A stretch of DNA of 64,000 nucleotides from NCBI GenBank assembly GCA_951406725.2, contig OX597822.1, forward strand, positions 90,396,001-90,460,000, written 5' to 3'. Below are positions 12,830-25,500 of the stretch, piece by piece; within the stretch, counting starts at the first letter, position 1; every line of letters begins with the position of its first letter. This DNA comes from Octopus vulgaris. Lineage: Eukaryota. The notes under the pieces are model-generated. The model made no database searches. It was given only the letters and a program-made list of their open reading frames with translations, and was not told the DNA's origin. The position numbers were made by a program, and so were the translations under genes.

Positions 12830-13860
12830 CTTGAATTGTCAACAGGTGCAGGAAAACAATGGCAAATATTGTTAAGTAGGTCTTCTATATTAGAAGAGCG
12901 TGAGTAACAAATTCAAATCTTTGGGAACACCAGAGTTGATAATATAGGTCGGAGAGAACTTAGCTTCATGCAGCAGTGGAGTAATCTAACAGGAATATTA
13001 ATCTAAGAGTTGGATGTAGCCTATAAGCAAGCAGTTTTGGTTAGAGATTGTTGTCCTAGACAGTCATATGTCTGGAGTGAAACCTTTGCGTGGAAAATAA
13101 ATACAGGGTGGGATCTATATAAGAGTGTGTATTACTAAAAGTAACAATGAGGTCATTTATGTATAGAAGGAAAAATGTACACGAGGTTGGCTTGCAAATC
13201 CACGGGCTACATCCATTCAACTTTATGAATGTTGGGAGATAAAGGAGTGAAGAGTAGTATCTGTATAGGAGTGTGTGTGTATATGAGTGATAAAATTAAA
13301 AGTAATTTATGTATTGCAGAAAGGATATGCATCTGTATGGTTTGGAGATAGCTATGTTAGAATGATAGGAGAGACAGATAGCTTATATGCAAGGTACTAG
13401 CTAGGGGTCTTAATGAGTAGATGTGGTTGAAAGCTTTGCTAATGTCAAAGGCAACAATTAAAGTTTCCAAGAGCAAGACACCATTGTTGTACAGAGCCAA
13501 GAATGTTACACTATTATTGTAAAAGAGTTATATACTACATACTCCCATTAGACAGTAAGAACACACAATTTATGCTTTCTGTTGTGCATTTTCTCTGAAG
13601 TTCTCAAGAGCAACAGTCCACTGATATTTATTGTAAGGGAGCAAGTCTTCAGTAGATATAGCTTTACAGTGTGGAATTAGAAGCTAAATCAGTAACAAAC
13701 ATAGAAGCCTTATCAGTAATAATATTACAGTCATGGTGTGTAGGCAGTTTCTACGAAGTTGGCAGAGATCCTCTTGGAAGAGGATCAAAAAGTGAAGAAA
13801 TATTGGTTGGCGAATGTTTACCAGTAAGTGAAATGACCTTTCTGCCACCTAAGATGTTTT
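12830..13860 (-). mobile_element. Decayed CR1/L2/Jockey-group LINE RT relic
   Basis: Minus-strand IVAFDISKAF (RT motif) near 13430-13460. The remainder is highly degenerate. Confidence 0.5.
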
Positions 13861-14737
13861 GTTAAGGTTCATATGACTGACGTGGTTGTGAGAAATTTAG
13901 ATTTTTATACCAAGCTAGAAGGCATAAATTGTGTACTCTTAGTGTTTACTGGGAGTATGTACAGCAAGACTCTTTCTATGATAGTGTATCATTTGTGTCT
14001 ATGTACTGTGTAAGATGAGATTTACCTGTTCTCTCCACCTTGAATGCTTTTTCAGGCTTCTGAAAAGAGAGTGTGATAATTAGGGTGCATGTGGATGACA
14101 TGTTTAAAAAGTGTGATATCATTTGCATGCGTTTCTGTATGTGTGTGTTAAAAGTGACCATGAGCAAATCATTGATTTGGTAGGAAGTACTCATAGGATT
14201 TTGCTGAGATTGGATTGATGTTCAGTGGTGTTGTCTAATTTTTGTGTTGGTCCAGCATTGAGTGACTCCATTTGTTTTACATCTTATTTTTTTTTATCTT
14301 CACATTTTGTTTTTGATGACGTCAGACATATAGGTTGTCTGGAGTAAAAATGAAACATTTTCTCAGTATTTTCAACATGCTGACTGAAAAGTCTTCAGTT
14401 TTGTTGCTGGAAGTTGTTAGCGTTAAGTAGTGTGCATCAATTTTTGAAACATTATAGTTTACCAGTTATAGGTAATTTAACATCCAACATCTATGGACAT
14501 TTCGGGAGTTCATGCACGCTATATGCATCTTAGGATGAACATAGTTTCAAAGAGTTACACATTAAAATTTTTTTTTTATTACTTACAAGGGCCTAAACAA
14601 ATAGGGACAATACAAGGACAGACAAACATATATGTGGGGGGGGAAAAAAAAAAAATGAATGAAAAAGATGGTTACAAATATGTTTTCTATATGAGGTGAA
14701 TAGCATCTTTCATTATTGAATTGTTTGAGGTTTTTCT

Positions 14738-14738
14738 C

Positions 14739-14792
<54 letters not shown>

Positions 14793-14800
14793 CATATATA

Positions 14801-14834
<34 letters not shown>

Positions 14835-14908
14835 GGTATATATAGGTATACACATGTATATATGTATATGAATGTATATATGTATGTATTTGTATATATG
14901 TATGTATT

Positions 14909-14945
<37 letters not shown>

Positions 14946-15040
14946 GTATGTATGTATATTTGTGTATATATGTATGTATGTATATTTGTGTATATATGTG
15001 TATGTATATTTGTGTATATATATATCATCATCATCATCAT
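14738..15040. repeat. Compound (TA)n/(TG)n/(TATG)n microsatellite ending in (CAT)n
   Basis: Seen directly in the sequence. The (CAT)n is the tail of the adjacent RTE. Confidence 0.95.
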
Positions 15041-16310
15041 CGATTAACGTCTGCTTTCCATTCTGCCGTGGGTTCGATGATTTCACTGAGGACTTGCGAA
15101 CCAGATGGCTGCACCAGGCTTTGATTTGATCTGGCAGAGTTTCTACAGCTGGATGCCCTTCCTAACGCGAACCACTCCCCGAGAGTGTAGTAGGTGCTTT
15201 TACATGCCACTGCCATGAGAGCCAGTCAGGTGGTAACAGCCACACTCAAAGGGTGTTTTTTACGTGCTACCTGCACTGGCAATGACCTCACTCGAATATT
15301 TTTTCATGTGCCAGTAAGGTGACGCTGGTAACAATCATGCTCAAATGATGCTTTTTACGTGCCACTGTCACAGAAGCAAGACAGCTGCTCTGGCAACGAT
15401 CACGCTCGAATGGTGCTCTTAGCACTCCACTAGCATGGATGCCAGTCATTGAAATTGATTTCGATTTTGATTTCCTCAACAGGTCTTCACAAGCAGAGTT
15501 TAGTGTCCAATGAAGGAAAGGTACGCATAAATGGGCTGGTTACACCACTGGCATAGGCCACAGGTTATGGGCTCACTTGACTTCCTGGGTCTTCTCATGC
15601 ACAGCATATTTCCAAAGGTCTCAGTCACTAGTCATTGCCTTGGTGAGACCTAATGTTCTAAAGGTCGTGCCAAGTGACTAGGCTATAGCTGACACCGCCA
15701 AATATTTTGAGTATCTCTGCAGTGATTCTTGATGGGCTGGGGGCTTTCCCTGTTTTCATACTCTTAATTGCTTTATCTACTAAGGTACTGTCAATTCAGA
15801 TAGCTGGTCTCTCTGTTGGGTCAGCATTTGGTACAGTCTCTTTCTCCCATTCATTCTCTTTATTGAACAATCTTTCATGGTGGCGTCTCCAAACCTCTCT
15901 CTTTGCAGCCTCGTTTAGTGCAAGTGAACCATCATCCATGTGGACACATTTCTCTCCTATGACATCATGATTCTCTCTCACACACTGTCTTACAACATGA
16001 AATACCTCAAGTCTTTGGTCCTCACGGCGCAGAACATTGGCAAATTTTTTCTTATCTGCTTCCCCTCTGGCTATATAAACCTGCCTCCTAGCTTCCCATC
16101 TGGCAGTCTGATGCAATTCTCTGCTATCACTGTTCTTCCAGTCCTTCCAAGCCTGTTTCTTTTCTGTAATAGCCGTGTCAACCACAATGTCCCACCACCA
16201 TATTACCTTGGGTTGAGAGGGGACTTTGCACCATCCACAGATCTGGTCAGTGGCTGTCAGCAGGTTGTCCCGTAGAAACCTCCAGTTGTCTTCTGCATCG
16301 TGTGAAGCAC
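15025..16310 (-). mobile_element. Internally deleted RTE LINE (3'UTR and tail joined at about 15670 to the EN-RT linker)
   Basis: ORF 15796..16185 KKQAWKDWKN..VIGEKCV..NEWEKE is nearly identical to 23749-24500. Its 3'UTR matches 25110-25500 and 59830-60277. Confidence 0.9.
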
Positions 16311-17785
16311 TAATCTAATCTTAAGTACTCGAACTCCTTTGTTGACCAAGTGCCACGTATCAGAGTTGATTTCACATACTAGTGTAGCACATTCAACAGT
16401 AGTGCCCCAGCATGGCTGCAGCTTTCGGGCTGAAACAATTTTAAGGATTTAAGGAATATATATATATATATACTAATCACTTGTAAATTTTGCCCACTGA
16501 ATTGAATATGTTTTGTAGAGAACTAAGATTTAAACGTATGTGTTGCTTTCTGGCTTTAAAAACAAGATCCTCTCCCATCTGCATCCTATTTATTTTCTAG
16601 TGATTGAGATTGGCTGATATTACCTTCCTTACTTTTTTGCTATTTTCTATATTACATTTGTGGGATTCTACTGTATTTGCCATTTTGGTCTTAGAAGAAA
16701 AGATTAGAAATAACTAAGCTGTTTGATTATTTTAACCCTTTAGCACTTAAACTAGCCATATCTATCTTAAATATTCTACCTGTCTTATATTTAAACTGGC
16801 CAGATCTCAAAATCTCAAAACTGTGAGATATTGCATGATTAATTCAAAAGAATTGATTTTAAAAAATGGAATTAAAAGGGTCTACCATTCTGAGAAGTCT
16901 ATTTTATCTTTGCCCTCATGTAACAACATCTCCTGATGGTTGCATACTTTTAGCACAGACCACTATGTTGCAAGCTTCTAGACCTGATCTCTGGCCCGAG
17001 GATGACACAATATCTTGATGTGCTACTTCGTACTCTTGCAAGATGTGGTTTTCATTCCACTAACACACAAATCATAGAGACCTGCAGAGAGGTCATGGAT
17101 GGTCCCCTTTGACCAACCATTTAAAGAAAGTTGTGGAGGAGTCAAGGTGGATATGTATTTCAATATTTGTCTTTAGTTAAAAGGTGGCTAGTTTTGTGTG
17201 AATATTTTTGTATTCCATAAATTTATCTCTAAAATTGTCTGAATATTTCTGTATTCCATAAAATTTACCATTAAGCACTGATTATATATTGGAATTTGTG
17301 AGAGAGGGGGTCTGTGTAGCTTGTAAGGAACCACTAAGTTGCATCAAATTTATAAATCCTTCAGTTTTTCTCTTAGTATTTTCTCTGAGGTATTACTTTG
17401 CTCTTAAACTTTTATTTTGTATATTAATTTGTTTAATACGAGCTGATTGGACAATTCATTTTAAAACATAAGTGTTGAGAATTAAAACAGATAGCTTGTA
17501 GTCAAAAAGCACAGCACACATGGTCATCTAATGGAAAAACTAGAGTCTTCTTTGGGGTCTTTAAGGCTTCTTTAATAGAAAACATTAGAAAGTCTTAAAA
17601 AGAAAAACACTTAATTTTCAGAATAGGTGAACATATAAAGATGCAAGAAATGAAATGGAATTTCCATCATCGGTACTATACCACAGCAGAAACTTAGAAA
17701 AATCAAGAAATAGTATATTTGACACTTGCCAGATATCCTATTAATAAATCTACCTATGGCAGCTCAGTATCGCTGCCAAGTAAAT

Positions 17786-18013
17786 TTAACCCATTAATTT
17801 TCAGATTACTCTGTTAAATGTAATGCTTTTTCACTCAAATTGTTTTGAATTAATCATGCATTATCTTGTGGCTTTGAGATTTCAATGATGTGATTGTGTG
17901 TTTTTAGAATAGCATTGTTGGGTAGGTGTGAGAGGCTAGATATGGCTAGTTCAAATATAAAACATGTTGAATATTTGGGCCGGATATGGCCGGTTTAAAC
18001 ACTAAAGGCTTAA
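17786..18013. mobile_element. piggyBac-type TTAA MITE family A (other copies 16732-16860, 54944-55146, about 62500-62665)
   Basis: TTAA-CCC(T/A)TTA...TAAAGG(G/C)-TTAA ends with shared internal sequence. Confidence 0.8.
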
Positions 18014-18467
18014 AATACCTACAATTGTGTTAGTAGCCAATTGGATAGGAATGTCATTTCTCATAGTTTAGAAATACAGCTTCCTACTTTGAATCTAGGC
18101 TCGTTACTGTTGTAACTATGGAATAAATACTGAAGTTGATGAAATGAAGACAAGTCAATGTTCAGCACTTCACAAGGTATTTTATTATTACCATGATATT
18201 GCCAAATGTAACAATCTGGTAGAACAAAAAGAAAAATTAGAAATAAAAAAAAAACAAAACAGTTTTAACAAATCTGATTAGGAAGATTTGTGGTGACATC
18301 ATTACTCAATTAGTCTGGCAATTGTTTACATATAATTCTATTGGCTAGATTTTTTAACGACTCAGTTTGCAAGGTTCAGTTGTTGTTTACAATAAATTTC
18401 CTGATTGGAACCAAGTCTTAATTTCAAATAATCTGCTACACTTTAGACACATCCAGAAATAAGATAC

Positions 18468-18696
18468 TTAACCCTTTCGTTACTGAATTTATTTAGAGAT
18501 GCTCTGTGTTTCTTTCAATTATTTTAAATATAACAAAGAATTTAGTAAAATAACTTTGTTATCATTAAGCTAGTGTTAGGAACATAAATTGTGAATAAGA
18601 TTTGGTGGAAGATTTTAATTCAAAATTTATGAAAACAAGACATGTATATTGAAGACACAGAGCCGGTTTCAGCCGGGTTGGTAACGAAAGGGTTAA
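18468..18696. mobile_element. piggyBac-type TTAA MITE family B (other copies about 21800-22017, 38082-38309, about 60747-60880)
   Basis: Perfect TIR CCCTTTCGTTAC/GTAACGAAAGGG flanked by TTAA on both sides. Confidence 0.9.
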
Positions 18697-18904
18697 TGAT
18701 GATTGGAGACCAGGCTATTTGAACTAAATATTGTAAAGATAACAGATAAAGTTTAACAACTTAATCATTTTAACTTCAGTTTAATGTCCTTATGGCGACA
18801 TATTTTCTAACATTGTATTTGGAAACCATGTTTGATAGCAATGTACCATTTCTATTTTGTAACTTTAACTTCTGCACATTTTCCAGTAATACTCACAAAT
18901 TAAT

Positions 18905-20600
18905 TATAATAATAGTTTCAAAATTTAGCACAATGCCAATGATTTTATGGGGGAGGGTAAGTCAATTACATCAACCACAGTGCTCAACAGGTTCTTATTT
19001 TATCAACCCCAAAAGGATGAAATGCAAAGTTGATCTCAGCAGAATTTAAATTCAGAATGTAAAGACAGACAATATCCCACTAAACATTTTGTCTGGCATA
19101 CTAATGGTTCTGCCAGCTCACTACCTTCGTGATAATAATTCTTTCTAATATAAGCATAAGTCTTGAAATTTAGAGGAATCCTGTAGTTAATTACTTTGAA
19201 TCCAGTACTTGACTGGTACTTATGTTATTAACTCTTGAAAGAATGAAAGGCAAAGTCAAATCTCAGCTGAGTCTCAACTCAGAACATAGCAGGAAAAAAT
19301 GCTGCTAAGCATTTTGTCTGACGTGCTAACAGTTCTGTCAAATGGTAACTATTCTTTCTAATTATGGCACAAAGCCAGCAGTTTAGTTGGGAAGGAGTAA
19401 ATCAGTTACATCGACCCAGTACTTGACTGGTGCTTTATTTTATTGACCTCAAAAAGGCAAAGCAGAGTTGATCCTGGTGGGATTGGAATTCAAAATTGCC
19501 TATGATAATAATAGTAGTAATAATAATAATAATAATAAAGATAATAATCCTTTCTACTATATACACCAGTCCATAATAATAATAATAATAATAATAATAA
19601 CGATCATGATCATGGACTTTCACATTGAAAACAGCATGAGAGTTCAGCTTTTTGCTGAATGACCTGCACAAATGATTTGTTTAGAGTGATCAAATGTTCA
19701 TGCCACACATTATTAGCTTGCTCTCTTCATCAAATCAATGTTGTCCAAACAGGTGTACGGTGTACCATGCATCAGGTATTGCAATGATTGCAAAACAATG
19801 TGAGATAAAGTGTTTTGCTCAAGAACACAACACACCACCCAGTCTAGGAACTGAAATCACGATCTAGCAATTGTGAGTGCAACACCCTAACCAAATAGTA
19901 ATTTCAAATTTTGGCACAAAGCCAGTAGTTTTGAGAAGAGGGGATTAATCAATACCAGCAATCCCAGTATTTGATTGCTACTTCATTATATCAACCACAG
20001 AGAGATAAAAACAAAACTGACCTTGGCATGACTTGAATGCAGAACTACTGATTCTGCCAGTCCACCACCACCACCATAATGATAATAATAATAGTAATAA
20101 TAATGATAATAATAATCCTTTCTACTATAGGTACTAGGCCTGAAATTTGGGAGGAGAGGGCTAGTCAGCTACATTGACCCCCAAGGTTCCACGAGTATTT
20201 ATTTCATTGATCCCAAAAGGATGAAATACAAAGGTGACTGTAGCAAAATTTGAACTTAGAATATAAGGACAGATGAAATGTCACTAAGCATTATGCCTGT
20301 CATGCTAATTGTTCTGCCAGTTTGCTGCCTTAATAATAATAATAATAATAATGATAATAATGGTTACAAATTTTTCCACAAGGGCAGCAATTTTGGTGGA
20401 GGGGACTAGTCGATTACATCAATCCCAGTGTTCAACTGGTACTTATTTTATCAACTCTGAAAGGATGAAAGGCAAAGTCAACCCCGGCAGAATCTGAACT
20501 CAGAATGTAGCAATGGACAAAATACTGCTTAGCATTTCATTTAGTGTATTAATGATTCAGCCGGCTCACTGCCTTAATAATAATAATAATAATAATAATC
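18905..20600 (-). mobile_element. Head-to-tail stack of about 6 decayed tRNA-SINEs separated by (AAT)n
   Basis: Recurrent core ggtacttattttatcaac..aaaggatgaaaggcaaagtc..aatttgaactcagaa..ctgccagctcac. This is the reverse complement of the intact SINE at 23885-24115. Confidence 0.85.
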
Positions 20601-21310
20601 ACCACTTCGTTCTTTGTCAACACCAGAAGATCACAACCTATTTACACTTAAATTGGAAATCAGAATCATAAAAAACAAACACTGGAATTCTTATAGATGT
20701 TCATTGTAATATTTCTTTTGGTCTTTTTCTGGAAAGATTTAATCAAAACTAAAATTCCATCAAGGTGATTGGTTTTCCTTTTAGAAGCACAAAATTGTTA
20801 TAGAGTACCTGCCCATTGTTACAGTTCATGTACCTATTAACATACTATTATACCTCTCAGATTAGTTATACCCGTTTACATTGGTAAATCACATTTAGAT
20901 ACCATTAGTTCATATCTACAGTTGCATCCTGTAGTAACATCTAAAAAATTACAAGAATTGAAGCATTGAACATTCTAATCTCCTGACCTACCCTGATGTT
21001 GTTTTGCACTTCTTTAGATTAAAAAGTAAAAAACAAAGTGAAAAAAAAGCCCATGTCTTATTGAATTTACCTGAGAAATAGACTTTCAAGTCTTCCGCAC
21101 TTAATGATGTTTGGGCATTCAATGACAAGACATATCTTCTATTTAGAATCATTGGTTTTAAAATAAGTGACATTTGTTATATGTAATCAACAACTTGTTT
21201 TAAAGTCATTGATTTATAATGTTTTGCATAAATTTTTCTTCTAACTTATTGACAATTTATTTTACTGTTCCATTTTATATCTGTTATGTTTTTTTTTTTT
21301 TTGTCTCTAG

Positions 21311-21489
21311 GTATATGTGAGTTTGGTGCTAAGAGGAGTTGATATTGCAGTCTTCATTATGACAGTACATTCCTAAGTCAGATTTTGGAGATACTTAATT
21401 CTGCACGATGTCTTTTGGTCTATTTGCTTGATAAGGCTATGGAAGTAGCCTATCGAGGTTCTCTACCAATTATGGAAACTTCCTCCTAT
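21311..21489 (+). other. MED1: Probable MED1 5'UTR exon carrying several uATGs
   Basis: Long T tract followed by ctctag acceptor (ends 21310), GTGAGT donor at 21490, non-repetitive sequence. Linkage to MED1 is inferred from strand and position. Confidence 0.6.
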
Positions 21490-22964
21490 GTGAGTTGGCA
21501 ATTTTCATTTTCATTTATCTAAAACCATTTCTTTGTTTTTGTTTAACAATTTTAATGTTTAACAATTTTAAGGTCTGTTATCATAAATACAGAATATTTT
21601 GACTAGAAGATATTGAAATGTATTTGATGCAATTGTGACTCATCAACCCACTTACAAAAAACAAACATTTGTTAGTTTTCATTATTTATTACACAAGCAT
21701 ATTGTTTTCTGTTTAGTTGTGAAAAAATGCAGATTTAGAAATTATTTTCTTGTCATTACCATATGGTATCACAACATACTGAAATTAATTTTCTTCAGTA
21801 ACACTTTTGTTGCCATATTTCTATCAAACTAGTCAGTCTTTGTTTCAATTAAATTTTAGAATAATGAAGAATTTGTTAAAATAACTTTCATTTTTAAGCT
21901 GGTGTTTAGAACATATATTAACAGAAAATCTGGTGGAAGGTTTTGAGATAACTTAAAAATTGGGAACTTGTATCATAGAACCAGTATTTTCAGACAGATT
22001 GGTATCAAAAGGATTAAGCAACTGGCAAATACTCCAGACCATGGTTAGGATACTAGTCTGTTGCTGGTTTTACTAGTCAGTTGGTGCTGTCATACCAGTA
22101 AATCCTACTTAACCCTAATATTCAGCTGGGTATACAACAAAATTCTAACATAGAAGAATTATGTATCTTGAATTTTCAATTGAACTTAAATGCACATAAA
22201 ACTGGTGTAGCACAAAGGTAAAATAGAACAAAATACAGGCAGTCCTATATTGTAGTTACATGTTACTGGATTTCATGCTGATAGAAATTATAAAATATTG
22301 CCACTAACTTTGGAATATAGTCTGTAATTTCACTTTGTGGAAACTTGGATGAATTTTGATAATTTAAAAACTACAGTTTCTTCTTAGCCTGGATATTGAT
22401 CTGGTTTTGATTATAGTACTTTTTGGCACTGGAGGTAGACACACAGAAATAGACACATATAGAGAAAGAGAGAGTTATATTACAGTTTATTAATTGTATA
22501 CATAAGCAGAAACATACACATAAAACAGAGAGAGAGAGGAGTTGTTCTCAATGCTACAAACACCTCCTCTCTTCATAAAGGAAGAAACACTCACATGCAT
22601 AAGCAACTAATGGGAAACATGTTTGTAGCAAACAGGATCATTTAATACATCTTAATATATTTCTTTGATTTTTCTACTCGCACCACTAAAATTTAAATTT
22701 ACCATCAGTTCTACTTTGTTAAAAGATGTTCAAAAATCCATTGCGAGAAAATTTTTCTTTTCCACATTTCTTCAATGTTTCTTCTACCAAGACATACAGT
22801 AAGTGAATCAGAAAGTTAAACAAAGTCTAGTAGTTGTGATTACAAGTCAGTTGTCAACTAAAACAAAAACAAATTTTTTCATGGTGCTAGGTCCCAGGGA
22901 CAAAACTTCTGCTGTCAAGCATGTCAGTGTTGAATCAGCAATGTTAAATAGCCAGGGTCAATAT

Positions 22965-25500
22965 CATCATCATCATCGTCTAACGTCCGCTTTCCATGCT
23001 AGCATGAGTTCGACGAATGACTGAAGGCTGGCGAACCAGATGGCTGCACCAGGCTTCAATCTTGATCTGGCAGAGTTTCTAAAGCTGGATGCCCTTCCTA
23101 ACGCCAACCACTCTGAGATTGTAGTGGGTGCTTTTACATGCCACCGGCAAGAAGCTAGTCAGGTGGTACTGGCAACGACATCACTTGAATCTTTTACACA
23201 CAACATGGACCTTCTCTTTGTTGCTGGTGACTTCAATGGACATATACAGGGGGCTTCCATGGTGTACATGGAGGCTACGGTTTGGTTCCCACAATGAGGA
23301 GGGAACCAGGCTGCTAGAGTTCTGCGATGCAAATGATCTTATGGTTTGCAATACTAACTTCAGGAAACCTGCCAATCACCTAGTCACCTACTGTTCTGGC
23401 AGACACAGTAGCCAAATTGACTACATCCTTGCCAGAAAAAGGGAAAGATAGCAAAACATTATCAGGCGAAGAATGTACCCCTTAACATAGATTAGTAGTT
23501 AGCGACTTCAGGATCAGGACTAAATGGATGCCTAGAAGACGACCAGCATGGAGGAGAAGGGTCTGGAAGCTTAAAGATCTCGCGAATGGACAGAGATTTA
23601 GAGACGTATTACTGAAGCCTTTGACAAAATAGAAGGAGATATAGCATCACATGATGTAGAAGACAACTGGAGGTTTCTACGGGACAACCTGCTGAGAGCC
23701 ACTGACCAGATCTGTGGATGGTGCAAAGTCCCCTCTCAACCCAAGGTAATGTGGTGGTGGAACATTGTGGTTGACAGGGCTATTAGAGAAAAGAAACAGG
23801 CTTGGAAGGACTGGAAGAACAGTGATAGCAGGGAATTGCATCAGACTGCCAGATGGGAAGCTAGGAGGCAGGTATATTTAGCCATAGGCGGTGAGCTGGC
23901 AGAATCGTTAGCACGCCGGGCGAAATGCGTAGCCGTATTTCGTCTGCCGTTACGTTCTGAGTTCAAATTCCGCCGAGGTCGACTTTGCCTTTTATCCTTT
24001 GAGGGTCGATTAAATAAGTACCAGTTACGCACTGGGGTCGATGTAATCGACTTAATCCGTTTGTCTGTCCTTGTTTGTCTCCTCTGTGTTTAGCCCCTTG
24101 TGGGTAGTAAAGAAACAGGTATATTTAGCCAGAGGGGAAGCAGATAAGAAAAAATTTGCCAATGTTCTGCACCATGAAGACCAAAGACATGAGGTATTTC
24201 ATGTTGTAAGACAGTGTGTGAGAGGGAATCATGATGTCATAGGAGAGAAATGTGTCCACATGGATGATGGTTCTCTTGCACTAAATGAGGCTGCAAAGAG
24301 AGAGGTTTGGAGATGCCACTATGAAAGGTTGTTCAATAAAGAGAATGAATGGGAGAAAGAAACTCTGCCGAATGCTGATCCAACAGAGAGACCAGCTATC
24401 CGAATTGACAGTACCTTAGTAGATAAAGCAATTAAGAGTATGAAAACAGGGAAAGCCCCTGGTCCATCAAGAATCACCACAGAGATACTCAAAATATTTG
24501 CCAGTGTCAGCTATAGCCTAGTCACCCGTATAGTTAACCAGGTGATATATGAACGAGTCATACCCAATGACCGGTGTATTAGCACCTTAGTCAACTGCTA
24601 CAAAGTTAAAGGTGACGCTTTAGATAAAAATAATTACAGAGGTTTCAAGTTGTTGGATCAGCTAATAAAGGTCACTGAGAGGGTCATAGCCCAACTACTT
24701 AGGGAGAGAGTCAGTCTAGATGAGATGCAGTTTAGGTTCGTGCCAGGGAAAAGCACCACTGATGCTATATTTCTGGTAAGACAGCTGCAGGAGAAATACC
24801 TAGCTAAAGATAAACCTCTGTACCTGACTTTTGTTGACATGGAGAAAGCCTTTGACAGGGTCCCCTGATCCTTTACCTGGCGGTCAGTGAGGAAATCTGA
24901 TTGAAGAATGGTTAGTGAGAGCTGTGTGAGTCATGTACAGGGATGCTATCAGTAGGGTGAGGGTTAGGGTTAGGGAACCTGTAGAAGAGGTAGACCCAGA
25001 AAGACTTGGGATGAGGTGGTGAAGCACGGCCTTCAAACATTAGGCCTCACAAGTCAATGACTAGTGATCGAGACCTTTGGAAATATGCTGTGCATGAGAA
25101 GACCCGGCTAGCCAAGTGAGACCACAACCCGTGGCCCATGCCAGGGGTGTAACCAGCCCACTTATGCATACCTTTCCTTTATTGGATACTAAACTCTGCT
25201 TGCGAAGACCTGTTGAGGCAAGTGAAATCGAAATCAAATTTGATGACAGCACCGCATGACTGGCATCTGTGCTAGTGGAGCGCTAAGAGCACCATCCGAG
25301 CGTGATTGTCGCCATGGTCACTGACTGGCTTCCGTGTCGGTGGCACATAAAAAGCACCATTCGAGCATGATCGTTACCAGTGTCACCTTACTGGCACATG
25401 AAAACCAACATTCGAGTGAGGTCGCTGCCAGTACCGCCGGACTGGCTCCTGTGCAGGTGGCATGTAAAAGCACCCACTACACTCTTGGAGTGGTTGGTCT
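22965..25500 (+). mobile_element. RTE LINE (EN plus RT, internally deleted) preceded by an inverted 3' tail
   Basis: EN motifs VAGDFNGH, NEEGTRLLEFC, SQIDYIL. RT motifs KAPGPS, NYRGFKLL, STTDAIF, FVDMEKAFDRVP. 22965-23190 is the family 3' end in minus orientation. Confidence 0.92.
23885..24115 (+). mobile_element. Young tRNA-derived SINE inserted in the RTE, with 16-bp TSD
   Basis: A box tgagctggcagaatcg, B box gagttcaaattcc, CpG-rich. Perfect TSD caggtatatttagcca at 23869-23884 and 24116-24131. Confidence 0.93.

Noticed and set aside
14583-15129. 100-167 aa ORFs rich in Y/I/H/T/V/C
   Set aside because: They are translations of the (TA)/(TG) microsatellite, not genes.
18030-18415. Several CCAAT/ATTGG boxes as the MED1 promoter
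   Set aside because: They are expected by chance in AT-rich DNA. There is no CpG enrichment or clear first exon with a donor.
18905-20600. Repeat-spacer appearance suggesting CRISPR
   Set aside because: The units are about 200-bp diverged SINEs in eukaryotic DNA, with no cas genes.
21311-21350. In-frame TGA (..KRS*YC..) upstream of the uORF as possible selenocysteine
   Set aside because: There is no recognisable selenoprotein motif or SECIS, and no upstream start was identified. An ordinary UTR stop is simpler.
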